Shown here: in pieces, positions 1 to 8,829 of the stretch | Position numbering within the stretch: position 1 is the first letter of the stretch | How the letters are laid out: each line of letters starts with the position of its first letter | Origin: an uncultured virus (IMG/VR IMGVR_UViG_3300030101_003361) | Taxonomy: Duplodnaviria > Heunggongvirae > Uroviricota > Caudoviricetes | IMG/VR virus record: IMGVR_UViG_3300030101_003361 | Coordinates: 44,470 to 64,469 of that record | Length of the DNA: 20,000 nt | Reading direction: 5' to 3' (one strand) | Position numbers and translations under genes: made by a program | Notes under the pieces: generated by a model | The model's database searches: none | What the model saw: the letters and a program-made list of their open reading frames with translations, nothing else | What the model was told of the DNA's origin: nothing

Positions 1-2
1 GA

Positions 3-1754
3 GAAGCTGTTGAAACTGTGTATAGCAAAGAAAATTTAAATAAACTTAAAGCTATATATGGTGATAATTATGTAGAAGCTTTAAAAGATATGCTTTACAG
101 AATGGCAACCGGAAGTAATAGACCTACCGGACAAAATAAAATAGCTAATCAATGGTTAAACTGGCTAAATAATTCTGTGGGTGGTATAATGTTCTTTAAT
201 AGTAGATCTGCACTTCTTCAAACATTATCTGCTGTAAACTATACAAATTTTAGTGATAATAATCCTTTAAGAATTGCACAAGCTTTTGCTAATCAACCAC
301 AATTTTGGAAAGACTTTAGTTTTCTTTTTAACTCAGATTTTCTAAAACAAAGAAGAGGTGGCTTACAAACAGATGTTAATGCTGATGAAATAGCAAAAGC
401 AGCTGAATTGTCTAATAATAAGTATAGAGCCGGTATTGCTTATATACTTAAAAAAGGATTTATACCAACTCAATTTGCAGATAGTTTTGCAATATCTTTT
501 GGTGGTGCTACATTTTATAGAAATAGAATTAGATCTCTTATGAAAGAAGGTATGGATCAAAAGCAAGCTGAAGAACAAGCATATTTAGATTGGAAAGAGC
601 TTTCTGAAGAAGCTCAACAATCCTCTCGACCAGATAGAGTTTCTATGCAACAAGCAAGCCCTTTAGGACGCGTTGTGCTAGCTTTTGCTAACACACCTAT
701 ACAATATACTAGATTGATGAAAAAAGCTATTCTAGACTTAAAAAACAAAAGAGGCGATTGGAAAACAAATGTTTCTAAAATTGTATGGTACGGTGCTGTT
801 CAAAATATTATATTTACAGGTTTACAAAATGCTTTATTTGCTTTAATGTATGGAGATGATGAAGAAGATGAAAAGGCTAGAGAAATGGCTAAAAAGAATA
901 AGTATCTTAGATCTGCAAATAGTATATTTGATACTTTATTAAGAGGTATGGGATTAGCTGGGGCCGTTGCTGTTACAGCAAAAAATGTTATACAGGATAT
1001 TATTTTACAAACATATGGTAAAGAGTTAGGTTTGAAAAAAACTAATAGAAAAGATTATCAAAAATCTTTTATGGAAATTACAACTCTTTCTCCACCGTTA
1101 GATTCTAAAATAAGTAAACTAATGTCAGTAGGGCGTGCTTTTCAATATAAACAAGAATTAGAAAAAATGAAAACGTTGCCTTTATATAATATTAATAATC
1201 CAGCATTAATGGCAGCAGGACAACTTTCTTCTGCAATAATTAATTTACCTGCAGATAGAGTATTGCAAAAAGCTAGAAATTTAAAATTAGCTATGGATAA
1301 AGATACTGAAGCGTGGCAATCTATAGCTTTATCTTTAGGTTTTAATCAGTGGGATTTATTAATGGAAGACCCTATTAAAAGAGATTATCCAGAAATATTT
1401 AAAAAGAAAAAGAAAAAGAAAAAGAAAAAGAGCAGAAAAAGCTCGAGGATAGTAAGCCCTATTAAAAAATTAGAAAATTTACCTAATGGTGTACTTGGAA
1501 AAGCACATAAAGACGGCACAATACAAATCAGGGAAGGATTGCCAAAAGAAAAAAGAAAAAAAGTTATAGCACATGAGAAACAACATGTAAAAGATATGAA
1601 GTCTGGTAAATTAAACTATGATAATTCTTTTGTATATTGGATGGGTTGTAAATACCCTAGAACTAACGATAAAAAAATAATTTATAACGGGAAAGCTTTG
1701 CCTGAAGGGCATAGATCATTTCCTTGGGAAAAATCCGCAAATAAAGCAATATAA
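3..1754 (+). CDS. C-terminal part of a very large putative virion/ejection (internal) protein with a C-terminal HEXXH zincin metallopeptidase domain; 5'-truncated by the window
   Basis: Frame is open from the window edge (GAA GCT GTT GAA ACT GTG). Helical Ala/Gly/Gln-rich body typical of phage internal proteins, then poly-Lys, then GVLGKAHKDGTI...IAHEKQH...FPWE. Function of the body is inference. Confidence 0.6.
   Translation, partial: EAVETVYSKENLNKLKAIYGDNYVEALKDMLYRMATGSNRPTGQNKIANQWLNWLNNSVGGIMFFNSRSALLQTLSAVNYTNFSDNNPLRIAQAFANQPQFWKDFSFLFNSDFLKQRRGGLQTDVNADEIAKAAELSNNKYRAGIAYILKKGFIPTQFADSFAISFGGATFYRNRIRSLMKEGMDQKQAEEQAYLDWKELSEEAQQSSRPDRVSMQQASPLGRVVLAFANTPIQYTRLMKKAILDLKNKRGDWKTNVSKIVWYGAVQNIIFTGLQNALFALMYGDDEEDEKAREMAKKNKYLRSANSIFDTLLRGMGLAGAVAVTAKNVIQDIILQTYGKELGLKKTNRKDYQKSFMEITTLSPPLDSKISKLMSVGRAFQYKQELEKMKTLPLYNINNPALMAAGQLSSAIINLPADRVLQKARNLKLAMDKDTEAWQSIALSLGFNQWDLLMEDPIKRDYPEIFKKKKKKKKKKSRKSSRIVSPIKKLENLPNGVLGKAHKDGTIQIREGLPKEKRKKVIAHEKQHVKDMKSGKLNYDNSFVYWMGCKYPRTNDKKIIYNGKALPEGHRSFPWEKSANKAI
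1401..1430 (+). repeat. (AAAAAG)x5 tandem repeat encoding K10
   Basis: Read directly: aaaaagaaaaagaaaaagaaaaagaaaaag. Confidence 0.95.
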
Positions 1755-1756
1755 TT

Positions 1757-2425
1757 ATGAGAAATACACCATTACCTTCACTAAGCGCCTTTAGTGGTAT
1801 AGAATCTTTAAGAAAAAAATCTAAGGAAGAAGAAAAAAAAATGAAAATTTCTTCACCTAATATTGATAATACTGTTGATGCAGAAAGAGAAAGACTTAGT
1901 AAAAATTTTGAATCCGCAAGAACTAAAAAAGAAAAAAGAAAACAAAAATTTGTAGATTCAAAAAAAGATATTAAAAAAGAAATAAGCTACACTCAAAGAG
2001 GTTTAATAAATGTAAGAACGTCTGATCTTGATAAAGATGGAAAGAAAGAAGCTGCTTTTAGAGATAGAAAAAAAGCTTTAAGAATGAAATTACAAAAAGC
2101 TAGATTAGACGAAAGAAAGAAAAGAGCAGAAGATAGAAAACAACAATGGGCTGAAAAACAGTTTATGAAAGGTAAATATGATAGCGTAGATGCTGCAAAA
2201 TCTAGATTTCAATCTGTGCAAGATATGACAGTAAAAGATAAAGAAAATAGAGAAAATTTATTTAAAACAAATAAATTTTACGACGGAGGAGGCGAAGAAG
2301 ATAGTAATAACCCTGAGGTTGAAGCTTCAGAAAACGCAGAGGTAAGCTTAACTAATAACGTGCAAGATAATAATTTAACAAAAGAAAAAAAAATAATTGG
2401 CACAATGTATAAAGGTGAGTATTAA
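1757..2425 (+). CDS. Hypothetical Lys/Glu/Arg-rich coiled-coil protein
   Basis: 222-aa ORF starting 2 nt after the previous stop; highly charged, no recognisable motif. Confidence 0.75.
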   Translation: MRNTPLPSLSAFSGIESLRKKSKEEEKKMKISSPNIDNTVDAERERLSKNFESARTKKEKRKQKFVDSKKDIKKEISYTQRGLINVRTSDLDKDGKKEAAFRDRKKALRMKLQKARLDERKKRAEDRKQQWAEKQFMKGKYDSVDAAKSRFQSVQDMTVKDKENRENLFKTNKFYDGGGEEDSNNPEVEASENAEVSLTNNVQDNNLTKEKKIIGTMYKGEY

Positions 2426-2454
2426 AAAAAGGGGCTGTTTAGGCCCCTTTATTT
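2424..2454. terminator. Bidirectional intrinsic terminator between the convergent arms
   Basis: AAAAAAA-GGGGC-TGTTTAG-GCCCC-TTTATTT: GC stem with A-tract on the left and T-rich tract on the right, between stops at 2425 (+) and 2457 (-). Confidence 0.9.
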
Positions 2455-2456
2455 GT

Positions 2457-2648
2457 TTAAAAGAATAATAATCCAACAACAAAACCAAACACCGGGCCTA
2501 GTAATGCCCATACTTTATATAGTTTTATTATTTTATTTTCTGAAGAAGAATAAATATTATCTCCTGTATCTAAATTTAAAGATTCAATTTTATCTTCTAA
2601 TTCTTTTATTTTTGCTTTTGCATCAGCAAATGTAAATCGCTTTCCCAT
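2457..2648 (-). CDS. Small tail-anchored membrane protein (N-terminal coiled coil, C-terminal TM helix)
   Basis: AKAKIKELEDKIESL heptads; VWALLGPVFGFVVGLLFF hydrophobic C-terminus. Confidence 0.7.
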   Translation of the reverse strand: MGKRFTFADAKAKIKELEDKIESLNLDTGDNIYSSSENKIIKLYKVWALLGPVFGFVVGLLFF

Positions 2649-2662
2649 ATTATTAATTTATA

Positions 2663-4405
2663 TTAACCATCGCAGCTTAAACAATTAGGATCCATAGCTG
2701 CTGCGGCTATATCTCCTCTCAGTACAGACTCAGTACGCATATAATACAAAGTTTTTATGCCATGTTTCCATGCTTCCATATGTACTTGATTTATCCAACG
2801 TGGAGTTGCCTCAGAAGGAAAAGCAAGATTAAGTGATACTGATTGATCAATATAATCTTGTCTTATACCTGCTTGTCTAACTAACTCTAGTTGATTTATT
2901 TCTTTAAATGTTTTGAACACGTTTTTAACTGGCTCTCCATCTTCTTGATTGAGTCTTCCTCTTTCGTCATAATACCATCCTTTAAGTGCGTCGATTGCCT
3001 GAACAGATCCACCATCGGCAAGTATCTTATCCCATGTATCTTTGTTATCAATCCCAATTTTTCTTAATACTTTTTTAAGTTCGTTATTTTTTCTAATAAA
3101 TGTACCTTTAGCAGATTGCTCTGTAAATACATTTGCAGCCCAAGGTTCAATACCCGGTGAAACATTACCTGCTAATTTAGAATTACTTACAGTTGGTGCT
3201 ATAGCACGAAGATGTGTATTTCTAAATCCTGTACCTACACACCAAAGAGGTTCACCATATATTTCAGCAAGCGCTCTTGAAGCACGCTCAGTTTCAATTT
3301 TTATTTTTGAAAATATTTCACGTGTTTTAAACTGTGCTAATAAACTTTCATAAGCAATACCTTTATTTTGTAATAAGCTATGCCACCCAAGTACACCTAA
3401 CCCAACGGCTCTTCCCTTTTCAGCAGATCTTACTGCATTTTCAAAACCTTTCATGTTTTTAGCTTTTTGAATAAATTCTTCAAGAACTCCATCTAAAAAC
3501 CATGTAGCATCATATATAAGATTTGTATTTTTCCATTCATCATATTTGTCTAAATTAACAGAAGATAAGCAGCATACAAAGCTATGAGACTCATCTGTAT
3601 GCAATACTATTTCACTGCATATATTAGTCATATGAACTTTTAAACTATTTTTCTTATATGCTTCTGGATTAGCTTTGTTTGTATTTCCTTTAAATAAGAT
3701 ATATGGTTCTCCAGTGGCTTTACGCTTTTGGATAAGCTTTGACCATCTTTGCCTAGCTTCTGGATCTCCTCCTTCAAGCTTTCGCATAAACTTATCACCA
3801 ACAACAGCACACTGGTGCAAGTTAAGTGATTGTCTATTGACATCTCCTTTAGGTTCTCTAATTTCAAGCCATTCGAGAAAATCGTTATGTTCAATATTGA
3901 TATTAACGCTTGCAGCTCCTCTTCTAACGGAGCCTTGGTTGGTTGCGAGTATAGTTGAGTCGTATATTTTGCAAAAAGGGACAACGCCGTCTGAAGTTCC
4001 ATTACCTGTAATTTTAGCACCGGCAGGACGAATCATATTAACTCCGATACCTACACCCCCGCCGTGTTTTGCAAGTAACATCATTTCTAAATTTTTATTA
4101 CCTATATCTTGAATGCTATCTGCAACATCAATTCCAAAACAACTTATAGGTAAACCTCTGTCTGCACCTGTATTAGAAAGTACAGGAGAAGCTAAACACA
4201 ACCATCCTTTCCATATATAATCAAAAAATTTATCTGCAAGTTCTGGTTTATATAAACGCTTTGCTATAGTTTTAGCAACACGTGTATAAGCATCACGAGG
4301 TGATTCACCATTTATAAGATAGCCACCTGATATAGTTTTTTTGTAAACATCATTATCACCCCATGAAGGATAATCTTTACCCTTAACCCAATTGTTATTC
4401 CACAT
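2663..4405 (-). CDS. nrdA: Class I ribonucleotide reductase alpha subunit (short form, no ATP cone)
   Basis: ASPVLSN, PISCF, GGGVG, QGSVRRGA, TNICSEI (catalytic N-x-C-x-E), IAPTVSNS, KTLYY, C-terminal CLSC. Confidence 0.97.
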   Translation of the reverse strand: MWNNNWVKGKDYPSWGDNDVYKKTISGGYLINGESPRDAYTRVAKTIAKRLYKPELADKFFDYIWKGWLCLASPVLSNTGADRGLPISCFGIDVADSIQDIGNKNLEMMLLAKHGGGVGIGVNMIRPAGAKITGNGTSDGVVPFCKIYDSTILATNQGSVRRGAASVNINIEHNDFLEWLEIREPKGDVNRQSLNLHQCAVVGDKFMRKLEGGDPEARQRWSKLIQKRKATGEPYILFKGNTNKANPEAYKKNSLKVHMTNICSEIVLHTDESHSFVCCLSSVNLDKYDEWKNTNLIYDATWFLDGVLEEFIQKAKNMKGFENAVRSAEKGRAVGLGVLGWHSLLQNKGIAYESLLAQFKTREIFSKIKIETERASRALAEIYGEPLWCVGTGFRNTHLRAIAPTVSNSKLAGNVSPGIEPWAANVFTEQSAKGTFIRKNNELKKVLRKIGIDNKDTWDKILADGGSVQAIDALKGWYYDERGRLNQEDGEPVKNVFKTFKEINQLELVRQAGIRQDYIDQSVSLNLAFPSEATPRWINQVHMEAWKHGIKTLYYMRTESVLRGDIAAAAMDPNCLSCDG

Positions 4406-4426
4406 TATTTTTATTATTTAAATTTT

Positions 4427-5395
4427 TTACCAGATATCTTCAAAATCTTCTCCTTCGTTAGCTTTTGAGTAATCAGTCGGACGAACAGCAAAGAAATCAG
4501 TATGAGTGTGCCCCCCGGTAAGATGGTAGAACCAGTCAAGATTGCTCGCTGCAATTTTGTCGTATTCAAAGTAGGTCCCACTGTTTGAGTAACCGAGTTC
4601 AACAATTTTTTCGTTGAGACGTTTTCTGATAAATTGTTTAAGGTCGTATGCACTGAGGTTTTCAATGTCTCCTTGTTCAAACATTTTATCAATGTATCTT
4701 TCTTCTGCTTTAAGCATTGTTTTTGCTGCTTTAATAACGTGTGTATAGCAATCATTTTGTAATCCTTTAATTTCTTGGCACATATGCCTAAATAGTTGAC
4801 ATCCCATTTTAGAATGTAATGACTCATCTCTTACACTCCATTTCATTTGTTGTCCGATACCCTTAAGTAAATTACGTAACTGAAAAGAATATAAAACAGC
4901 AAAGGCAGAATATAAAGAAACCCCTTCCGCAAAAGCACTAAATACAGCAAGTGACTTGCCAATCCCAATTGGATCAGTGCCACTATAGCTAACAAGATTA
5001 TCAAACCGTGCAGCTGTTGCAGGTTCGTGTAAAAACGCTTCAAAATTTTCAAGACCAAGTGTTTCATTTAAATAAGAATATGCTACTGCGTGAATTGTTT
5101 CTTGTGAGCCAAACATCATGGCCATTTGTTGGATTTCATGTTTAGGAAACCACGATACAACTTTTTGGGTCCAATAATCAGAAACCGCACACTCCGTTTG
5201 TGCAAATCCCAAAAGTATATTTCCAACCAAGTTCTTCTCTGCTTTGGTAAGTTTTTCATTCCAATCTTTGACGTCACCTGACATTGGTATCTCTGTGTGA
5301 AGCCAAAAAGCTTGCGCTTGTTTAAGCCAACCTTCTGTATAATATTCCGGATATTCAAAAGGTTTATAAGGTATTCTTTCATTGAATAGACTCAT
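4427..5395 (-). CDS. nrdB: Class I ribonucleotide reductase beta subunit
   Basis: KPFEYP, FWLHTE, QTECAV, ETIHAVAY, EGVSLYSAF, RDESLH, DFFAVRPTDY. Confidence 0.97.
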   Translation of the reverse strand: MSLFNERIPYKPFEYPEYYTEGWLKQAQAFWLHTEIPMSGDVKDWNEKLTKAEKNLVGNILLGFAQTECAVSDYWTQKVVSWFPKHEIQQMAMMFGSQETIHAVAYSYLNETLGLENFEAFLHEPATAARFDNLVSYSGTDPIGIGKSLAVFSAFAEGVSLYSAFAVLYSFQLRNLLKGIGQQMKWSVRDESLHSKMGCQLFRHMCQEIKGLQNDCYTHVIKAAKTMLKAEERYIDKMFEQGDIENLSAYDLKQFIRKRLNEKIVELGYSNSGTYFEYDKIAASNLDWFYHLTGGHTHTDFFAVRPTDYSKANEGEDFEDIW

Positions 5396-5585
5396 CTTTT
5401 TTCTTTTTCTTATATTGTTCTTTTAATTTATCTAATGCTTTATCGTAACCAGGAAGCTTTTTAACTAACTCCATTGTACCAACACTTAAATCTTTTAAAT
5501 GTGTAAGTTCTTGTACAACTCTATTCATTGCAGCTCCTATAGTTTCAATTTTATTGCGCATTTCTATTAGCTTAGTTTCCTTCAT
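5379..5585 (-). CDS. Hypothetical protein
   Basis: 68-aa ORF overlapping both neighbours in operon fashion. Confidence 0.7.
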   Translation of the reverse strand: MKETKLIEMRNKIETIGAAMNRVVQELTHLKDLSVGTMELVKKLPGYDKALDKLKEQYKKKKKDESIQ

Positions 5586-5787
5586 TAAAATATTTATTTA
5601 ATGTTTTAATTCTATCGTCAGCATCAACTAACATTTGTAATGCTTGCTCTGCATTTTTGTAATAGTCATCAGTTGAGTGATCACCAATACCTGCAGCTTT
5701 ATTGCTTAATAAATCTAAACTAAGCAATGCTTTTGTTTTATCTGCTTCAGCAGACTTTAATAACATATTATATAATTGTGAGTACAT
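5572..5787 (-). CDS. Hypothetical phage protein (GIGDHS motif)
   Basis: 71-aa ORF; the helix-AAGIGDHS-helix pattern resembles small proteins I recall from marine phages (not verified). Confidence 0.75.
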   Translation of the reverse strand: MYSQLYNMLLKSAEADKTKALLSLDLLSNKAAGIGDHSTDDYYKNAEQALQMLVDADDRIKTLNKYFNEGN

Positions 5788-5983
5788 CTTTACTAAGTAT
5801 TATAGGACTCGCATCCTTATTATTTTTAACTTCTATATGTGTTTCTTTAATGGTAATAATAGGATCTATTGGTTCCATTATTCTTCTAATAACTTTACCG
5901 TATTGATCCCTAATTACTTTCTTTTTAGAAAATAATCGTTTGTAATTTTTTAAAACGTATTCTTTTAATTTTTCTTCATTCAT
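5768..5983 (-). CDS. Hypothetical protein
   Basis: 71-aa basic ORF, tightly packed. Confidence 0.65.
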   Translation of the reverse strand: MNEEKLKEYVLKNYKRLFSKKKVIRDQYGKVIRRIMEPIDPIITIKETHIEVKNNKDASPIILSKDVLTII

Positions 5984-6119
5984 AATGTACGGTTATACAT
6001 AATTCTATAAGTGGTAAATAAAATACATGCTCTATAAAATCTTTCTCAGGATAGCTTCTTACTCCTATAACAATACCTGGATATAAACCTAAACTAACTT
6101 CCCATCCTGCTATTTTCAT
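5976..6119 (-). CDS. Hypothetical 47-aa protein (not in ORF track)
   Basis: MKIAGWEVSLGLYPGIVIGVRSYPEKDFIEHVFYLPLIELCITVHYE*; fills the gap and overlaps the next start. Confidence 0.7.
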   Translation of the reverse strand: MKIAGWEVSLGLYPGIVIGVRSYPEKDFIEHVFYLPLIELCITVHYE

Positions 6120-6163
6120 TTAAATAGTAATTTAACATTTTCATATGGAAAGATATTCTTTCG

Positions 6164-6286
6164 CTATAGTGTTCCTGTAGACTGAACTCCATATTTTCTG
6201 TGCAATCTAACAATTTCTCCATATTTAATAATTTTATTTTTAAGTAATTTTTTAATTTCTTTTTCTAATAATCTTTTAGTATACAT
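6164..6286 (-). CDS. Small basic protein (~40 aa; start re-called from 6397)
   Basis: ATG at 6286 shares a TAATG junction with the endonuclease stop; MYTKRLLEKEIKK... Confidence 0.5.
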   Translation of the reverse strand: MYTKRLLEKEIKKLLKNKIIKYGEIVRLHRKYGVQSTGTL

Positions 6287-6738
6287 TAACCGCGCTTTCT
6301 TTTTCTCGATTCTTTGATCAATGCTATTGTCAAATCCACTTCCTTCTGATTTTGCGGCTTGTAAAGTATCTTTCCAATATTGTTTTTCGTAAGCCATAAT
6401 TTAAATAATTTCCAGCGTAAAGGAAAAGATTCGTTTGGTCTTCCTTTACATTCTATTATATAATCTTTACCAATAAAATCAGGTGTATATTTTATACCTA
6501 ATATTTTTTTAGTACCTCTATTTATATATTCTCCTTTACCATTAGCTTGCTTTTCATAACTTGTATTAGGAAATTGAAATGAAGTTATTAATTCAAATGT
6601 TTCATTTTCATATCCTTCAAACAGTTTACTTTTTTTTAAAGCTATGTAAGTGTATCTTTCAAGCCCTGATGCAAATTTAATACCATCATAAGATATTTTT
6701 TTAGCTTGTACAGGGCCTCTCTTCTTACTTCTTTTCAT
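6286..6738 (-). CDS. T7 endonuclease I-like Holliday junction resolvase (PD-(D/E)XK)
   Basis: FASGLE, YTPDF and IIECKG match endonuclease I family motifs (FRSGLE / YTPDF / ETKG). Confidence 0.85.
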   Translation of the reverse strand: MKRSKKRGPVQAKKISYDGIKFASGLERYTYIALKKSKLFEGYENETFELITSFQFPNTSYEKQANGKGEYINRGTKKILGIKYTPDFIGKDYIIECKGRPNESFPLRWKLFKLWLTKNNIGKILYKPQNQKEVDLTIALIKESRKRKRG

Positions 6739-6986
6739 GTAGTACTCTGTGTCCAGCTAGATTCAGGATATTTACTTATTTTTTTATCCTCTTCAATTAA
6801 TACAGCTCTAATCTTTTCAATATAGTTAGCAGCATCCATAAGCTCTTCTTGTAAATGATTAAGCCAAGTATCAAGTGATTGTTCGTCTTTATCTAAACCA
6901 ACACCATACTTTTTATAACCTGCTTCAGCACGCTTTTGAATTTTATCAATTACTCTATTAATTATTTTATCGTTTACTTTACTCAT
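6735..6986 (-). CDS. Small all-alpha NTP pyrophosphohydrolase (MazG-superfamily)-like protein
   Basis: R-x3-G-x-KKYG and WLNHLQEELMDAANY (EE-x-x-D acidic helix). Confidence 0.55.
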   Translation of the reverse strand: MSKVNDKIINRVIDKIQKRAEAGYKKYGVGLDKDEQSLDTWLNHLQEELMDAANYIEKIRAVLIEEDKKISKYPESSWTQSTT

Positions 6987-7740
6987 CTTTTACAAATGTT
7001 CCGTTAACCATTTTACCTGTTCTTTTTGATATTACATTAAATGATTCATCAATGCAATCTTCAATTCTAAATCCTTCAAGCTCTGAAAGATTAGCAAGTA
7101 CTATTACCATATCACCAATAGCATCTTTTATTTCAGCTTTATCTTGTTTTAATAATGCTTGTGCAAGTTCTCCTGCTTCCTCCATTAATTTAACATACTG
7201 AGTCTTACTATCGCCTTTTTGATAAAGGTTACGATCTTTAGCCCAGTCTCTTATCTTATTAAATGCTGATGTACTATTAGGCTTAAATGCTTTAGTAAAA
7301 GCTTTATTATAAATATAACAAGTACCAGGACCAAACTGACTTGCATGTACATTAGTTAATATCCAATCAATATAATCTTGATTATTTAATTCAAATACAC
7401 CTTCAGGTAACTCTAATGTAATACCTCTTAAGTATTCAGCATTAATATCGCTAGGTGATATTTTAAATGTTGTTGTTGCTTGTGACGAACTGTGTTTATT
7501 CATTTTTTTACGAAATAAGTCTTTATATAATTTAATATCTGTTTTATATTTAAGTTCTTTTTGCAGATTTCTTTCAGCTTCAGAAGCTTCTACTATATCA
7601 TCTGTTTCATATAGTATATCATATTCACCAGGTTTATAACCTTGTTCTTCTTCAACACGTTTTTTAACATTAGTTGTGCAACCAATCTTAACTCCGGGTA
7701 TGTGGTATATTTTATATTTACCAGTTTTTAATTCTATCAT
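6979..7740 (-). CDS. Fusion of an N-terminal GIY-YIG-like nuclease domain and a C-terminal MazG-like NTP pyrophosphohydrolase
   Basis: N-term YKIYH...KIGCTTNVKKR...EAERNL. C-term WAKDRNL...KLMEEAGEL...IKDAIGDMVIVL...RTGKMVNGTFVK. Confidence 0.8.
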   Translation of the reverse strand: MIELKTGKYKIYHIPGVKIGCTTNVKKRVEEEQGYKPGEYDILYETDDIVEASEAERNLQKELKYKTDIKLYKDLFRKKMNKHSSSQATTTFKISPSDINAEYLRGITLELPEGVFELNNQDYIDWILTNVHASQFGPGTCYIYNKAFTKAFKPNSTSAFNKIRDWAKDRNLYQKGDSKTQYVKLMEEAGELAQALLKQDKAEIKDAIGDMVIVLANLSELEGFRIEDCIDESFNVISKRTGKMVNGTFVKDE

Positions 7741-8561
7741 GTATTTAATTTTGCTTTAATTGGTGGATGTGGATTATAATTTTTTATTTTAATCATATCA
7801 GATGTTGGTATTACTATATACTCTCTTACTCCTTGTTCAATAGTAAGTCCGAGAGAAATATCAACATTAGGTAATTTCCTGAAATCATTATCCAGTTGTT
7901 GTTTAGCTTGTTCGATATGATTATTATACAAATGACAATCGCCAAGGGAAGCAATAAGTTGCCCTTCTTTATAGTTATTGCCTTTAGCCAATAGCTTGAG
8001 CAATAAACCATACATTGCAATATCATAAGGTAAGCCAAGAAACACATCAACTGATCTTTGTTGCCACATAAGATTAAGTTTGCCATCATTTATATATACT
8101 TGAAAGCAATAGTGGCAAGGTGGCAACACCATATCGTCCAAATCATTGGGATTCCATAAGCTTGCCATAATGCGCCGCGAGCTTGGTTCTTCTTTAATTT
8201 GGATGAGTATTCTTTTAAGCTGATCAATACCATTGAAGTCCCTAAGCTGCTTGCCGTAAACAGGACCAAGCGTGCTATCAGTTCTACCTGATCGATTATA
8301 ATCATCGTTCCAGTAATTAACACCATTAGACTGAAGGTAACGCAAATCAGTGCGGCCTTGTAATATCCATAATAATTCCGTAACTGCATGTTTAAAATAT
8401 ATTTTTTTAGTTGTTAATAGCGGAAAACCTAAAGCCATATCGTGCTTTATTATTCTACCAAATACTGATTTAGTACCAGTACCTGTTCTATCTTCCTTAT
8501 CTTTACCGTTATATAATACACCAGCTAATAAGCTTCTATACTCGTCTTGTATGTTTATCAT
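7737..8561 (-). CDS. thyA: Thymidylate synthase (start re-called to MINIQDEY)
   Basis: DRTGTGT, FPLLTTKK, ELLW, GPVYG, SRR, LPPCH, QRSVDVFLGLPYD, GDCHLY. Confidence 0.97.
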   Translation of the reverse strand: MINIQDEYRSLLAGVLYNGKDKEDRTGTGTKSVFGRIIKHDMALGFPLLTTKKIYFKHAVTELLWILQGRTDLRYLQSNGVNYWNDDYNRSGRTDSTLGPVYGKQLRDFNGIDQLKRILIQIKEEPSSRRIMASLWNPNDLDDMVLPPCHYCFQVYINDGKLNLMWQQRSVDVFLGLPYDIAMYGLLLKLLAKGNNYKEGQLIASLGDCHLYNNHIEQAKQQLDNDFRKLPNVDISLGLTIEQGVREYIVIPTSDMIKIKNYNPHPPIKAKLNT

Positions 8562-8829
8562 AGTAGTATTTACACATTTCATAATATTCAGACCAAATAG
8601 AATATTTATCATATACATTTGGTGCATAATATATTTTTTCACCTTTTTTATATGGACCTAAAGCAATTGCTATTTTCCATTTACCTGGTTCATTATTAAT
8701 ACCATAAGGTGATATTCTTATATTATTATCTATACAATATTTTTGCCATTTCATTTGTTCATAAGATGCATTATGTGGTGGCATTTTATATGCATCTTTC
8801 TTTTTAGAACCTGTTAACCCACTTCCCAT
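8536..8829 (-). CDS. Hypothetical protein
   Basis: 97-aa aromatic-rich ORF bridging helicase and thyA with short overlaps. Confidence 0.7.
   Translation of the reverse strand: MGSGLTGSKKKDAYKMPPHNASYEQMKWQKYCIDNNIRISPYGINNEPGKWKIAIALGPYKKGEKIYYAPNVYDKYSIWSEYYEMCKYYYDKHTRRV

Noticed and set aside
5931..5960. ATACGTTTTAAA...CGATTATT resembling the promoter motif
   Set aside because: Spacer is 3 nt shorter than in the main copies and both boxes have mismatches.
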